A program made the translations under genes and the position numbers. From Acetobacteraceae bacterium (lineage in GTDB: Bacteria; Pseudomonadota; Alphaproteobacteria; Acetobacterales; Acetobacteraceae): 57,196 nucleotides of DNA. The stretch is from the NCBI GenBank assembly GCA_025055335.1, contig JANWXJ010000255.1:1-57196 (forward strand). The letters are read 5' to 3'. Every line of letters starts with the position of its first letter. Position 1 is the stretch's first letter. The notes beneath the pieces are model-generated. The model worked only from the letters and a program-made list of their open reading frames with translations, searched no databases and was not told the DNA's origin. This document shows positions 45,981 to 56,118 of this stretch, piece by piece.

Positions 45981-47177
45981 ATGCCGTTCCAGGATCCCCG
46001 CCCCTCGGCGGGGGCTGCCGCCAACTTCGCCTCGCTTGCGGGCAAGCGCGTCTGGCGCAAGCGTGCCGCGGAACTGGTCGGGCGGGCGGCGGCGCGTTCG
46101 CTGGAAGGCCGCGCCGCCAGGGCCCGGCACGCGCTTGAGCTGATGCTGGCCCGCGCCGCCGAGGCGCCGCCCGAGGCGCCCACCCTCGCCGAACGCCGGG
46201 CGCTCGCCTTCGCCGAGGAGGCGGTGCGCCTCGCGGCCAGCCTGCCCGCCCCGGCCCGCGCCCGGCTTCGCGCCCGGATCGAGGCGGCGCTGTCGGGCGA
46301 CGAGACGCTGATCCCGCTGTTTCACCTGCTGCGCACCGCGCTCCTGCAGCGCGCCCGCGGCTACGAGGTGGCCTTCACCGGCCTGACCGACGCCACGCCC
46401 TGGGATCTGACGATCCGCTCGGGCGACACCGTGGCCGAGATCGTCTGCGAGACCGTCTCGGCCGAGGACGGCCGCGCCCTCCATCGCGGCGCCTGGTGCC
46501 GCCTCGTGGACCGGGTGAACCCCGAGCTGCAGACCTGGCTTGCCGCCCATCCCGGGCGCTATGTGCTGAAGATCACGCTGCCCGAGGGGCTTTCGGGGCC
46601 CGAGGGGCTGCCCGCCCTGCAGCGGCGCATCCTCGACATGCTGGCCGCCGAGAAGCGCGCCGACCAGTCGGCGGACGCGATCCTCAAGCTCGACCCGCTC
46701 GTGCTCGGCGCAGCCCAGGCCGGGGCGGCGCTGCCGGCCGAGCTTCGCGCCCAGTTCGGCCCCGAGGCGCATCTTGCCGTCACCACCGCCCCGGGCGGCG
46801 GCGGGGTGTTCGTGATGGCCGCCCGCGCGGGGCGGGAGAATGCGATCAGCGAGGCGCTGGCGCGGCGCGCCGCCGCCGTCGCTCCGGTCCGTCTCTCCGG
46901 CGAGAGGCCGGGGATCCTCGCCCTGTTCCTCGACGAGGTAGAGCGCGGCGAATGGCGCGCCCTGCGCGAGAGCCTCGAGATCGAGGGGGCGGTGCGCCGG
47001 TTCCTGACCGGGGCGGCGGCAAGGCCGGTCGTGGCCGTCACCTGCGCGAGCAGGATGGAGCTGTTCGGGCTTGCCCCGCCCGATGCCGCGCCTGCGGGCG
47101 AACTCCGCTTCCGCAACCCGAGGCACCGCCTGGCGACGCAGCCGGACCTGCAGGCGGCGATCGCGCCGACGCTCTGA
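45981..47177 (+). CDS. Hypothetical protein, 398 aa, no recognisable domain
   Basis: Last 398 codons of track ORF 44736..47177. ATG 45981 follows the least GC-rich intergenic stretch nearby. Codon third positions are strongly G/C, and the composition is balanced in the middle (LIPLFHLLRTALLQRARGYEVAFTGLTDATPWDLTIRSGDTVAEIVCETV). Confidence 0.6.
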   Translation: MPFQDPRPSAGAAANFASLAGKRVWRKRAAELVGRAAARSLEGRAARARHALELMLARAAEAPPEAPTLAERRALAFAEEAVRLAASLPAPARARLRARIEAALSGDETLIPLFHLLRTALLQRARGYEVAFTGLTDATPWDLTIRSGDTVAEIVCETVSAEDGRALHRGAWCRLVDRVNPELQTWLAAHPGRYVLKITLPEGLSGPEGLPALQRRILDMLAAEKRADQSADAILKLDPLVLGAAQAGAALPAELRAQFGPEAHLAVTTAPGGGGVFVMAARAGRENAISEALARRAAAVAPVRLSGERPGILALFLDEVERGEWRALRESLEIEGAVRRFLTGAAARPVVAVTCASRMELFGLAPPDAAPAGELRFRNPRHRLATQPDLQAAIAPTL

Positions 47178-47190
47178 TCGGCGGCCGGAG

Positions 47191-48672
47191 TCAGCCTCTG
47201 ATCCCGGCCTCCTCCGCCTCCCGGAGCAGCGCCGACAGCCCGGCCAGGGTCTCGCGCGAGGCGTCCTCGAGCGCCGCCATCTCGCGCTGCATCGCCTCGT
47301 AGTCGCCGCGCTGGTGCGCCTCGGCCGCCGAACGGCCATGGACATGGACCCGCTTGTGCGGGCCGGCGAGCGGCGCGAAGGCCGGCAGCCGCCGGTAGGG
47401 GAGGCTGCCTGCGCCGTAGTACCACCGGCCGAGCCGGCACGCCTCGTCGGAGGCGAGCTCCTCCAGCCGGAGCGCCACGAGCCCGGCCTGCAGATCGCCA
47501 AGCCGCTTCTTCCACAGCAGGTGGTCAAGGCGCGCCATGCGCAGCACCTTGTGCGGGATCGGCGCCTCGAAGGCGGCGTTGACCTCGGCGAGGGCCAGTT
47601 TCTCGGCCCGGCGCCCGGCCTCGATGGCGGCTTCGGCCGCGCCGCGCGCCTCGCGGGCGCGGGCGGCGATCGCCGCCATGTTGCCGGCCACCTCGTCGGC
47701 GGCCTGGCGCTGCTGGTCGAGGATGCGAGAGATCTCCCCGACGCCCTCCGCCGCCGTCTCGATGCTGGCCGCCACACCCGCCGCCTCCTCGGCGACGCCG
47801 GCAAGCCGCCTATCCACCCCGCCCGCGGAGCCGGCGGCCTGCCGCATCGCCGCCAGCACGCCGGCCATGCCGGCGCGCATCTCCCCGATCACGTCGCGGA
47901 TCTCGTCCGTCGCCCGCGCCGTCTCGCGCGACAGGCTCTTCACCTCGGAGGCGACGACCGCGAAGCCCTTCCCGGCCTCCCCGGCGCGGGCGGCCTCGAT
48001 CGTCGCGTTCAGCGCGAGGAGGTTGGTCTGGCTCGCGATCGTCTCGATCAGCCCGGCCATCTCGTTCACGCGCTCGAGCGTGCGGGCCAGCGACTCCACC
48101 CGGGCCGCCGCGTCCGTCACCAGCCGGGAGAGCCCCGCCATCTCCGCCGTGGCCTCGGCGGCGGCGTGGCGGGCGCCGGCGGAGCGGCCGCGCACCTCCT
48201 CGACCTGCCGGGCGACGCGGGCCGCCTCCTCGGCGATGCCGCCGACCGAGGCGACGAGTTCCTGCGCCGCCGCCGCCGTGGCGGCCGAGCGCTCCGCCTG
48301 CTCGCGCAGCCCGGCGATGATGCGGGCATTCGCGATCGCTCCTTCCGCCAGCTCGCCGGCGAGCGAGACGAGCCGCTCGAACGCGGCAGGGTCGGCGTGC
48401 GTTCCGTCGGCGGCGGCGCCCTGCTCCGCGGACGGTGGCGCCGCGCCCGGCTCCTGCTGTGCCTGCGCCAAGCCGGCGAGCGCGTCGAGCACCGCGGCGA
48501 GCCGCCCGGCGTCTCGCCCGCGCCGGAGCGCCAGCGGCGAGGCCAACCGGGCGAGCAGGGCGCGGCCCTCCTCGGCGAGCGCGGCGGCCTGCCGCGCGGC
48601 GGATAGGGGCGGCGGGCCGCCGGAGATGGCTTGGGGCGTGGCGGGCGGGCGCGGGCGGGAGGATTCGGTCAT
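47191..48672 (-). CDS. Soluble methyl-accepting chemotaxis protein with C-terminal CZB (zinc-binding) domain
   Basis: Signalling hairpin [37 protein letters not shown]-terminal DHLLWKKRL...CRLGRWYY...HKRVHVHG. I see no hydrophobic TM segment. Confidence 0.85.
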   Translation of the reverse strand: MTESSRPRPPATPQAISGGPPPLSAARQAAALAEEGRALLARLASPLALRRGRDAGRLAAVLDALAGLAQAQQEPGAAPPSAEQGAAADGTHADPAAFERLVSLAGELAEGAIANARIIAGLREQAERSAATAAAAQELVASVGGIAEEAARVARQVEEVRGRSAGARHAAAEATAEMAGLSRLVTDAAARVESLARTLERVNEMAGLIETIASQTNLLALNATIEAARAGEAGKGFAVVASEVKSLSRETARATDEIRDVIGEMRAGMAGVLAAMRQAAGSAGGVDRRLAGVAEEAAGVAASIETAAEGVGEISRILDQQRQAADEVAGNMAAIAARAREARGAAEAAIEAGRRAEKLALAEVNAAFEAPIPHKVLRMARLDHLLWKKRLGDLQAGLVALRLEELASDEACRLGRWYYGAGSLPYRRLPAFAPLAGPHKRVHVHGRSAAEAHQRGDYEAMQREMAALEDASRETLAGLSALLREAEEAGIRG

Positions 48673-48729
48673 GGCGGATCCGCAGGCTGGATGCTCCCGC
48701 CAAGCTGCGCGATCCCGGTTACCGCGCCG

Positions 48730-49464
48730 TTACGCCCGCTCGGCCCCGATCAGGAACTCGCGGTTGCCTTCGGGGCCGGTGATCGGGCTCTCGACCACCC
48801 CGGCCACGCGCCAGCCGGGCAGCGCCTCCCACCAGGCGCGGATCGTCCCGCACAGCTCGGCGTGCACCGCAGGGTCGCGCACCACGCCGCCCTTGCCCAC
48901 GCGTCCCGGCCCCGCCTCGAACTGCGGCTTGATCAGCGCCACCGCGAAGGCCCCCGGGGCGCAAAGGGCAAGCCCCGCCGGCAGCACGGTGCGCAGCCCG
49001 ATGAAGGAGGCATCGCACACCAAGGCGCCGAGCGGATCCGGGACCAGGGCCGCGTCCAGGTGCCGGGCGTTGGTCTTCTCGAGCACCACCACGCGCGGAT
49101 CGGTCCGGAGTTTCCAGGCAAGCTGCCCCTGCCCGACATCCACCGCATACACCTTCGCCGCGCCGCGGCCGAGCAGCACGTCGGTGAATCCCCCGGTCGA
49201 GGCGCCGATGTCGAGGCAGATGCGCCCCGCCGGATCGAAGCCGAAGGCGTCGAGCCCGTGCGCGAGCTTGATCCCCCCGCGCGATACCCAAGGGTGGTCC
49301 TGGCCCCGAACCGACAGCGGCGCATTGTCCGGCACCGGCTCGCCCGGCTTCTCGATGCGCGATGCGCCCGAGAACACGAGTCCGGCCATGATCAGCGCCT
49401 GCGCGCGGGCGCGGCTTTCGGCAAGCCCACGCTCGACCAGCGCGACGTCGGCGCGGCGCTTCAC
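48730..49464 (-). CDS. tlyA: TlyA-family rRNA (cytidine-2'-O)-methyltransferase
   Basis: N-terminal S4 domain ([22 protein letters not shown]), [24 protein letters not shown] motif. Confidence 0.9.
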   Translation of the reverse strand: MKRRADVALVERGLAESRARAQALIMAGLVFSGASRIEKPGEPVPDNAPLSVRGQDHPWVSRGGIKLAHGLDAFGFDPAGRICLDIGASTGGFTDVLLGRGAAKVYAVDVGQGQLAWKLRTDPRVVVLEKTNARHLDAALVPDPLGALVCDASFIGLRTVLPAGLALCAPGAFAVALIKPQFEAGPGRVGKGGVVRDPAVHAELCGTIRAWWEALPGWRVAGVVESPITGPEGNREFLIGAERA

Positions 49465-51386
49465 GCCCGCGCCGGTTCCGCCGCCACCTCGCGCCCGAGC
49501 GCCGACAGCGCCGCCGCGACGATGTGCGGCGCGTTCAGCCCGGCCGTGTCGTACTGGCGGCGCGGGGTGTCGTGGTCGATCAGCCGATCAGGCAGCGTGA
49601 GGGTGCGTATCCTGAGCCCGCGGTCGAGCATGCCCCGCCCGGCCAGATGCTGCAGCACCAGCGCGCCGAAGCCGCAGAGCGCGCCTTCCTCGATCGTCAG
49701 CACCACCTCGTGCTCGCGCGCGAGGCGCTCGACCAGCGCGGTATCGAGCGGCTTGGCGAAGCGCATGTCGGCGATGGTGGTGGAGAGGCCCCGCGCCGCA
49801 AGATCCTCGGCCGCCGCGCGGCATTCCGCAAGCCGCGCGCCGTAGTTCAGGATGGCGATGCGGCTGCCCTCGCGCACCACGCGCCCGCGCCCGATCTCGA
49901 GCGGGCTGCCGCGGGCCGGAAGCGGCACGCCCACGCCCCCGCCGCGCGGGTAGCGGAAGGCGATCGGCCCCTCGTCATAGGCGGCGGCGGTGGCCACCAT
50001 GTGCATCAGCTCCGCCTCGTCGCCGGCCGCCATCAGCACGATGTCGGGCAGGCAGCCGAGATAGGCGATGTCATACGCCCCGGCATGCGTCGCGCCGTCG
50101 GCGCCGACGAGGCCGGCGCGGTCCATCGCCAGCCGCACCGGCAGCTTCTGCAGCACGACGTCGTGCACCACCTGGTCGTAGGCGCGCTGGAGGAAGGTGG
50201 AGTAGATCGCGACGAAGGGCTTCAGCCCCTCGGTCGCCATGCCGGCGGCGAAGGTGACGGCGTGCTGTTCGGCGATGCCGACATCGAAGCAGCGCTTCGG
50301 GAAGCGCTTGCCGAACAGGTCGAGCCCGGTGCCCGAGGGCATGGCGGCGGTGACGGCGACGATGCGCGGATCCGCCTCCGCCTCGGCGATGAGGGCATTG
50401 GCGAACACCCTGGTGTAGGGGGGCGGGCCGGGCGGGCCCTTCTGCTGTTCGCCGGTGATCACGTTGAACTTCTGCACGCCGTGGTACTTGTCGGCCGATT
50501 CCTCGGCAGGCGCGTAGCCCTTGCCCTTCTGCGTGACGACATGGACGAGGATCGGGTGCACGTCCTCGGCGTCGCGCACGTTGCGCAGCACGGGCAGCAG
50601 ATGGTCGAGCTCGTGCCCGTCGATCGGCCCGACGTAGTAGAAGCCGAGCTCCTCGAACAGCGTGCCGCCGGTGAGCAGCCCGCGGGTGTATTCGTCGGCG
50701 CGCCTCGCCATGCGCTCGATCGGCCCGGGGAAGCGGCGGGCGAGGCGGGCCATCCCCTCGCGGAAGGAGATGAAGGGGCGGGAGGAGATGAGCTTCGAGA
50801 GATAGGCGCTCATCGCCCCGGTCGGGGGGGCGATGGACATGTCGTTGTCGTTCAGGATCACGATCAGCCGGGCCTTCATGGCCCCGGCGTTGTTCATCGC
50901 CTCGTAGGCCATGCCGGCGCTCATCGCCCCGTCGCCGATCACGGCGATCACGTGGCGCGTCTCGCCCTTCAGGTCGCGCGCCACCGCCATGCCGAGGCCG
51001 GCCGAGATCGAGGTGGAGGAATGCGCCGCGCCGAAGGGGTCGTATTCGCTCTCGCTGCGCTTGGTGAAGCCGGAAAGCCCCCCGCCCTGGCGCAGGGTGC
51101 GGATGCGGTCGCGCCGTCCCGTAAGGATCTTGTGCGGATAGGCCTGGTGGCCGACATCCCAGATCAGCCGGTCGTTCGGGGTGTCGAACACGGCGTGGAT
51201 CGCGACCGTGAGCTCCACCACCCCGAGCGAGGCGCCGAGATGCCCGCCGGTGACGGAGACCGCCGAGATCGTCTCGGCGCGCAGCTCCTCGGCCAGCTGC
51301 TTCAGCTGCTCGGTCGAGAAGTTGCGCAGGTCGGCGGGGAACCGCACCCGGTCGAGCAGCGGGGTTACCGGCGTGACGGCCATCAT
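49461..51386 (-). CDS. dxs: 1-deoxy-D-xylulose-5-phosphate synthase
   Basis: Last 641 aa of track ORF 49461..51815. [43 protein letters not shown]. The start overlaps the ispA stop. Confidence 0.95.
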   Translation of the reverse strand: MMAVTPVTPLLDRVRFPADLRNFSTEQLKQLAEELRAETISAVSVTGGHLGASLGVVELTVAIHAVFDTPNDRLIWDVGHQAYPHKILTGRRDRIRTLRQGGGLSGFTKRSESEYDPFGAAHSSTSISAGLGMAVARDLKGETRHVIAVIGDGAMSAGMAYEAMNNAGAMKARLIVILNDNDMSIAPPTGAMSAYLSKLISSRPFISFREGMARLARRFPGPIERMARRADEYTRGLLTGGTLFEELGFYYVGPIDGHELDHLLPVLRNVRDAEDVHPILVHVVTQKGKGYAPAEESADKYHGVQKFNVITGEQQKGPPGPPPYTRVFANALIAEAEADPRIVAVTAAMPSGTGLDLFGKRFPKRCFDVGIAEQHAVTFAAGMATEGLKPFVAIYSTFLQRAYDQVVHDVVLQKLPVRLAMDRAGLVGADGATHAGAYDIAYLGCLPDIVLMAAGDEAELMHMVATAAAYDEGPIAFRYPRGGGVGVPLPARGSPLEIGRGRVVREGSRIAILNYGARLAECRAAAEDLAARGLSTTIADMRFAKPLDTALVERLAREHEVVLTIEEGALCGFGALVLQHLAGRGMLDRGLRIRTLTLPDRLIDHDTPRRQYDTAGLNAPHIVAAALSALGREVAAEPARA

Positions 51387-52297
51387 TTCCTCCGCGATAC
51401 GGTATAGTCGGCAAGCTGGCGCAAGAGATCGGCGCGCTCCCCGAAGCTGTCGAGATGCGTCCGCGCCTGGGCGGCCAGCCGTTCCGCCTGGGCGCGGGCG
51501 CGCTCCACCCCCCACAGCCCGACGAGCGTCGCCTTGCCGGCGCCCGCGTCCTTGCCGGTGGCCTTGCCGGTCTCCTCGGGGGTGGCGGTCGCGTCCAGCA
51601 GGTCGTCGGCGATCTGGAAGGCGGCGCCGAGTTCCCGCCCGTAGGCGGCGAGGGCGTGGCGCAGCGGCCAGGGCGCCTTGCCGAGGATGGCGCCGGCCTC
51701 GGCGGCGAACTCGATCAGCCGCCCGGTCTTGAGCAGCTGCAGGCGGGCGATCTCCGGCTCGCCGAGCGGCTCGGAGGCCGCTTCGGCCAGGATGTCGAGC
51801 ATCTGGCCGCCGCACATGCCCTTGGGCCCCGCGGCCAGGGCCAGCCGGTGCGCGAGTTCGGCGCGCACGGCCGGATCCGAATGCGTCTCCTCCGCCGCCA
51901 GCACCGCGAAGGCCTGGGCCTGCAGCGCATCGCCGGCCAGCACCGCCGTCGCCTCGCCGAACTTGACGTGCACGGTCGGCCTGCCGCGGCGGAGGGCGTC
52001 GTCGTCCATGCAGGGCAGGTCGTCGTGGATCAGGCTGTAGGCGTGCAGCATCTCGACCGCCGCCGCCGCGCGCCGTGCGGCATCGCGGGCCACGCCGAAC
52101 TGCCGCGCGCCCTCCATCACGAGGAAGCCGCGCAGCCGCTTGCCGCCCCCCATCGCCCCCCAGCGCATGGCCTCGGCCAACACCGCCTCCGGCCCCTCCA
52201 CGGGCGGCAGCAGCACATCGAGGGCCTCCTCGATCTCGGCCGCCGCCTCGGCCATGGCTTCGGCGAGGCTGCCGGCCACGAGGTTGCTATTCGACAT
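51383..52297 (-). CDS. ispA: Farnesyl diphosphate synthase / geranyltranstransferase
   Basis: [17 protein letters not shown] (first Asp-rich motif) and FQIADDLLD (second). Confidence 0.92.
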   Translation of the reverse strand: MSNSNLVAGSLAEAMAEAAAEIEEALDVLLPPVEGPEAVLAEAMRWGAMGGGKRLRGFLVMEGARQFGVARDAARRAAAAVEMLHAYSLIHDDLPCMDDDALRRGRPTVHVKFGEATAVLAGDALQAQAFAVLAAEETHSDPAVRAELAHRLALAAGPKGMCGGQMLDILAEAASEPLGEPEIARLQLLKTGRLIEFAAEAGAILGKAPWPLRHALAAYGRELGAAFQIADDLLDATATPEETGKATGKDAGAGKATLVGLWGVERARAQAERLAAQARTHLDSFGERADLLRQLADYTVSRRK

Positions 52298-52547
52298 CGC
52301 GCAGCCCCGCGGGCGTGCCGCCCGCCGCCGTCACCACGGCCTGCAGCTTCGCCTCGGCCTCGGCGAGCTTGCGTTCGCAATGGGCGCGCAGCGCGGCGCC
52401 GCGCTCGTAGTCGGCGATCGCCTGCTCGAGCTTCCCCTGCCCGCCCTCCAGCCGCTTCACGATGGCTTCCAGTTCGGCGAGCGCGTCCTCGAAGGAGAGG
52501 GCGGCGATGTCCTCCGGCGTGTCCTGGGCCGGTCTGGCGGGCGGCAT
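52287..52547 (-). CDS. xseB: Exodeoxyribonuclease VII small subunit
   Basis: 86 aa. LSFEDALAELEAIVKRLEGG. Conserved xseB-ispA-dxs order. Confidence 0.9.
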   Translation of the reverse strand: MPPARPAQDTPEDIAALSFEDALAELEAIVKRLEGGQGKLEQAIADYERGAALRAHCERKLAEAEAKLQAVVTAAGGTPAGLRDVE

Positions 52548-52612
52548 GGCGTCTCCCGGTGCGTGTTGTCAGGCAGTCTAGACAGAGGGGTGGGGCGGGG
52601 GAAACCGTCGCA

Positions 52613-53542
52613 TCACAGCCCCATCAGGCCGCGCACATGGGCGGCGGCCGAGGCGGCGAGCGCCTCGAGGTCGTAGCCGCCTTCGAGCAGCGAGACGACC
52701 CGCCCGCCGCACAGCCTGTCCGCGGCGGCGCAGATCTCGGCCGTGAGCCAGGCGAAATCCGCCTCCCGCACGCGCAACTGCGCCAGCGGGTCGGCGGCAT
52801 GGGCGTCGAACCCGGCCGAGACGATGATCATCCCCGGGCCGAAGGCCTCGAGCGCCGGCAGCAGCCGCTCGGCCCAGGCGGCGCGGAAGGCCGCGCCGTC
52901 CGACCCGGGGGGGAGCGGCGCGTTGACGATGTTCCCAACCCCCGTCTCCGAGGCCGCGCCTGTTCCCGGATAGCAGGGCATCTGGTGGGAGGAGAGGAAC
53001 AGCACAGAGGGATCGCGCTCGAACACCGCCTGGGTGCCGTTGCCGTGATGGACGTCGAAATCGAGCACCGCCACGCGGGCGATGCCGTGCGCCGCCTGGG
53101 CGTGGCGCGCCGCCACGGCGGCGTTGGCGAACAGGCAGAAGCCCATCGGGCGGCCGGGCTCGGCATGGTGCCCGGGCGGACGGGTGGCGCAGAAGGCGCG
53201 CTTCATGCGGCCAGTCGCCACCTCGTCCACCGCCCGCACCGCCGCGCCGGCGGCGCGCAGCGCGGCCTCGGCCGAGCCGTGGGACATCCAGGTGTCCGGG
53301 TCCAGCGCGAAGCGATGCCCGGGCTCGGGGCGGATGCCGAGGATCGCGTCCACATACTCCGGCGGATGCACGCGCGCGAGGTGCCCGATGGTCGCGCGCG
53401 GCGCCTCGTCGCGCTGCAGCGGCAGGAAATCCGGGTGCTCGAGCGCGCGCAGCACGGCCCGCAGCCGGTCCGGGCATTCCGGGTGGTCGGCGCCCGCGTC
53501 GTGGTCGAGGCAGGCGCGGTGGGAGAGCAGCAGCACGCTCAC
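52613..53542 (-). CDS. Histone deacetylase family protein (acetylpolyamine/acetoin-utilisation type amidohydrolase)
   Basis: Only the last 309 codons of track ORF 52613..56173 are real. RPPGHHA, DFDVHHGNGTQ, SAGFDAH, EGGY. GTG 53542 forms a GTGA overlap with the upstream stop (alternative GTG 53536). Confidence 0.88.
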   Translation of the reverse strand: MSVLLLSHRACLDHDAGADHPECPDRLRAVLRALEHPDFLPLQRDEAPRATIGHLARVHPPEYVDAILGIRPEPGHRFALDPDTWMSHGSAEAALRAAGAAVRAVDEVATGRMKRAFCATRPPGHHAEPGRPMGFCLFANAAVAARHAQAAHGIARVAVLDFDVHHGNGTQAVFERDPSVLFLSSHQMPCYPGTGAASETGVGNIVNAPLPPGSDGAAFRAAWAERLLPALEAFGPGMIIVSAGFDAHAADPLAQLRVREADFAWLTAEICAAADRLCGGRVVSLLEGGYDLEALAASAAAHVRGLMGL

Positions 53543-53778
53543 GCAGCCGGTTCCCCGCGCTTCCTCAGCGTGAAGCGATAGACACCCTTGTCCTCGCTGA
53601 AGGCGACGAGGGCGTGCCCCGTCTCCTGTACATAGGCCTGGAAGTCCTTGACGGAGGCCGGGTCGGTCGCCACCACCGTCAGCCGCGCGCCGGGCGGCAG
53701 CGCGCGCAGGGCCTTGTTGGCCTTGAGGACGGGCAGCGGGCAGGTCAGCCCCTGGACGTCGAGGATCGTGTCGGACAT
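53539..53778 (-). CDS. TusA/SirA-family sulfurtransferase
   Basis: 79 aa. LDVQGLTCPLPVLKANKAL carries the CPxP active-site motif. Confidence 0.85.
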   Translation of the reverse strand: MSDTILDVQGLTCPLPVLKANKALRALPPGARLTVVATDPASVKDFQAYVQETGHALVAFSEDKGVYRFTLRKRGEPAA

Positions 53779-53857
53779 GGCCCCCGGAGTCTGGGGCGGC
53801 GGACCGCGCCCGGCAAGCCGCTTGCCCCGCGCGCCCTGCGCCGCCACCCTGCCGGGC

Positions 53858-54766
53858 ATGACGGACCGGATCAGGCTCGGGGTGGATCTCGGCGGCACCA
53901 AGGCGGAGATCGTGGCGCTCGGCCCCGATGGCGCGCCGATCCACCGGGAACGCGTGGCGACACCGGCCGAATACAAAGACATCGTAGAGGCCGTTGCCGG
54001 GTTGGTGGAACGCGCCGAAGCCGTGCTCGGCGCGCGCGGGACGGTTGGCGTCGGGATGCCCGGCAGCCTGTCGCCAGCCACCGGGCTCGTCCGCAACTCC
54101 AACACGCAATGTTTGAACGGCAGCCGCTTCGCCGAAGATCTTCAGGCGCGGCTGAAGCGGCAGATCCGCTTCACCAACGACGCCAACTGCCTCGCCCTCT
54201 CGGAGGCGGCCGACGGCGCCGCGGCCGGCCACCGCGTCGTGTTCGCCGCCATCCTCGGCACCGGCTGCGGCGGCGGCATCGCGCTCGACGGCCGCGCGCA
54301 TGACGGGCCGAACCGCGTCGCCGGCGAATGGGGCCACACCCCCCTGCCCTGGATGACCGAGGCCGAACGCGCCGAAGGCCACCGCTGCTGGTGCGGCCGG
54401 CCCGACTGCCTCGAGACCTGGATCTCCGGCACGGCGCTCGCCGCCGGCTGGAAAGGCAAGGGCAACCGCAGCGCCAAGGGCATCGAGGCCGCCGCGGCGG
54501 CGGGCGACAGGGCTGCGGCCCGGGCGCTGGCGAACCACGCCGACCGGCTGGCCCGGGCGCTCGCCATGATCGTCAACATCCTGGACCCCGACATCATCGT
54601 CCTCGGCGGGGGCGTGTCGAACCTGCGGCACCTCTATCGCGACCTGCCGGGGCTGATGCGCCCCTGGGTGTTCGGCGACGTGTTCTCCACCCCCGTCGTG
54701 CCGGCGAAGCACGGCGATTCCTCCGGCGTGTTCGGCGCCGCCCGGCTGTGGGACGAGGCCAGCTAG
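53858..54766 (+). CDS. ROK-family sugar kinase (N-acetylglucosamine kinase / fructokinase-like)
   Basis: LGVDLGGTK ATP motif, GEWGH, zinc motif CWCGRPDCLE. ATG 53858 lies inside track ORF 53648..54766. Confidence 0.85.
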   Translation: MTDRIRLGVDLGGTKAEIVALGPDGAPIHRERVATPAEYKDIVEAVAGLVERAEAVLGARGTVGVGMPGSLSPATGLVRNSNTQCLNGSRFAEDLQARLKRQIRFTNDANCLALSEAADGAAAGHRVVFAAILGTGCGGGIALDGRAHDGPNRVAGEWGHTPLPWMTEAERAEGHRCWCGRPDCLETWISGTALAAGWKGKGNRSAKGIEAAAAAGDRAAARALANHADRLARALAMIVNILDPDIIVLGGGVSNLRHLYRDLPGLMRPWVFGDVFSTPVVPAKHGDSSGVFGAARLWDEAS

Positions 54767-54802
54767 CCCCCCGCCCCGCGGGCGCGGAGGCGGCGTAGCC
54801 CC

Positions 54803-56056
54803 GTGCCCGCCCTCTGCCGCGACTGTTTCGCCTCGGCGGAGGCCCTGCCCTCCCCCTGCCCCGCCTGCGGTTCCCGCCGCGTCCTCTCCCACCCCGAACT
54901 CTTCCGCCTTGCGGTCGCGCATGTGGACGCGGACGCCTTCTTCGCCTCGATCGAGAAGCGGGACAGGCCGGAGCTCCGCGCGAAGCCGGTGATCGTCGGC
55001 GGCGGCAGGCGGGGCGTGGTGGCGGCCGCCTGCTACGTGGCGCGCCTGTCCGGCGTGCGCTCGGCCATGCCGATGTTCAAGGCGCTCGCCGCCTGCCCGC
55101 ACGCCGTGGTGATCCGCCCCGACATGGCGAAATACGCCGCCGCCGCCCGCGCCATCCGCGCACTGATGGAGCGGCTCACGCCGCTCGTGCAGCCGCTGTC
55201 CATCGACGAGGCGGTGCTGGACCTTTCGGGCACCGAGGCGCTGCACCGCGCCCCGCCCGCGCTCGTGCTCGCCCGCTTCGCGCGCGATGTCGAACGCGAG
55301 GTGGGGGTGACGGTCTCGATCGGCCTCGCCCCCAACCGGCTGCTCGCCAAGCTTGCCGCCGGGCGCGACAAGCCGCGCGGCTTCGCCGTGCTCTCGGCCG
55401 AGGAGGGGCGCGCCTGGCTCGCCGGCCAGCCCCCCGCCGTGCTGCCCGGGATCGGGCCGGCGCTGGCGCGGAAGCTCGCGGCCCAGGGCTTCGCCACCCT
55501 CGGGCAGATCGCCGCCCTCACCGAGGCCGAGGCGGCGCAGCGGCTCGGGCCCGAGGGCCCGGCGCTCGCCGCCCGCGCCCGCGGCGAGGATTCCCGCCCC
55601 GTCTCGCCGGAGCGAGAGACGAGATCCGTCAGCGCGGAAACCACCTTCGAGGCCGACCTCTCGGCCCTGCCCGACCTCGAGCGGGCGCTGTGGCGCATGG
55701 CCGAGAAGCTGGCCCGCCGGCTGGCCGAGAAGCGGCTCGCCGCCGCCGGCATCGTGCTGAAGCTGAAGACCGCCCGCTTCGCCCTCCGCACCCGCGCCAC
55801 CCGCCTGCCCGCCCCGACGGCGCTGCCCGAGACGCTCTTCGCCGCCGCCCGCCCGCTGCTTGCGCGCGAGGCGGACGGCACCGCCTTCCGGCTGATCGGC
55901 CTCGGCGCGCAGCCGCTCGCCCCCATCGAACAGGCCGACCGGGGCGACCTCGCCGACCCCGAGGCGCCCCGCCGCGCCGCCCGCCACCGGGCGATCGAGG
56001 CGCTGCGCGCGAAGTTCGGGGAGGATGCGGTGAAGCGCGGCCGGAGCCTGGGCTGA
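54803..56056 (+). CDS. dinB: DNA polymerase IV with an N-terminal CxxC...CxxC extension
   Basis: AHVDADAFFASIEKRD catalytic start, SIDEAVLD, SIGLAPNRLLAKLA. The N-terminus reads CRDCF-x12-CPACG. GTG start. Confidence 0.88.
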   Translation: MPALCRDCFASAEALPSPCPACGSRRVLSHPELFRLAVAHVDADAFFASIEKRDRPELRAKPVIVGGGRRGVVAAACYVARLSGVRSAMPMFKALAACPHAVVIRPDMAKYAAAARAIRALMERLTPLVQPLSIDEAVLDLSGTEALHRAPPALVLARFARDVEREVGVTVSIGLAPNRLLAKLAAGRDKPRGFAVLSAEEGRAWLAGQPPAVLPGIGPALARKLAAQGFATLGQIAALTEAEAAQRLGPEGPALAARARGEDSRPVSPERETRSVSAETTFEADLSALPDLERALWRMAEKLARRLAEKRLAAAGIVLKLKTARFALRTRATRLPAPTALPETLFAAARPLLAREADGTAFRLIGLGAQPLAPIEQADRGDLADPEAPRRAARHRAIEALRAKFGEDAVKRGRSLG

Positions 56057-56118
56057 GGCCCCTCGCCCCGCCGCCGGGCGCCTTGCGCCAAGCGGCCGCC
56101 CCGCGCAGCCTCCGCCCC

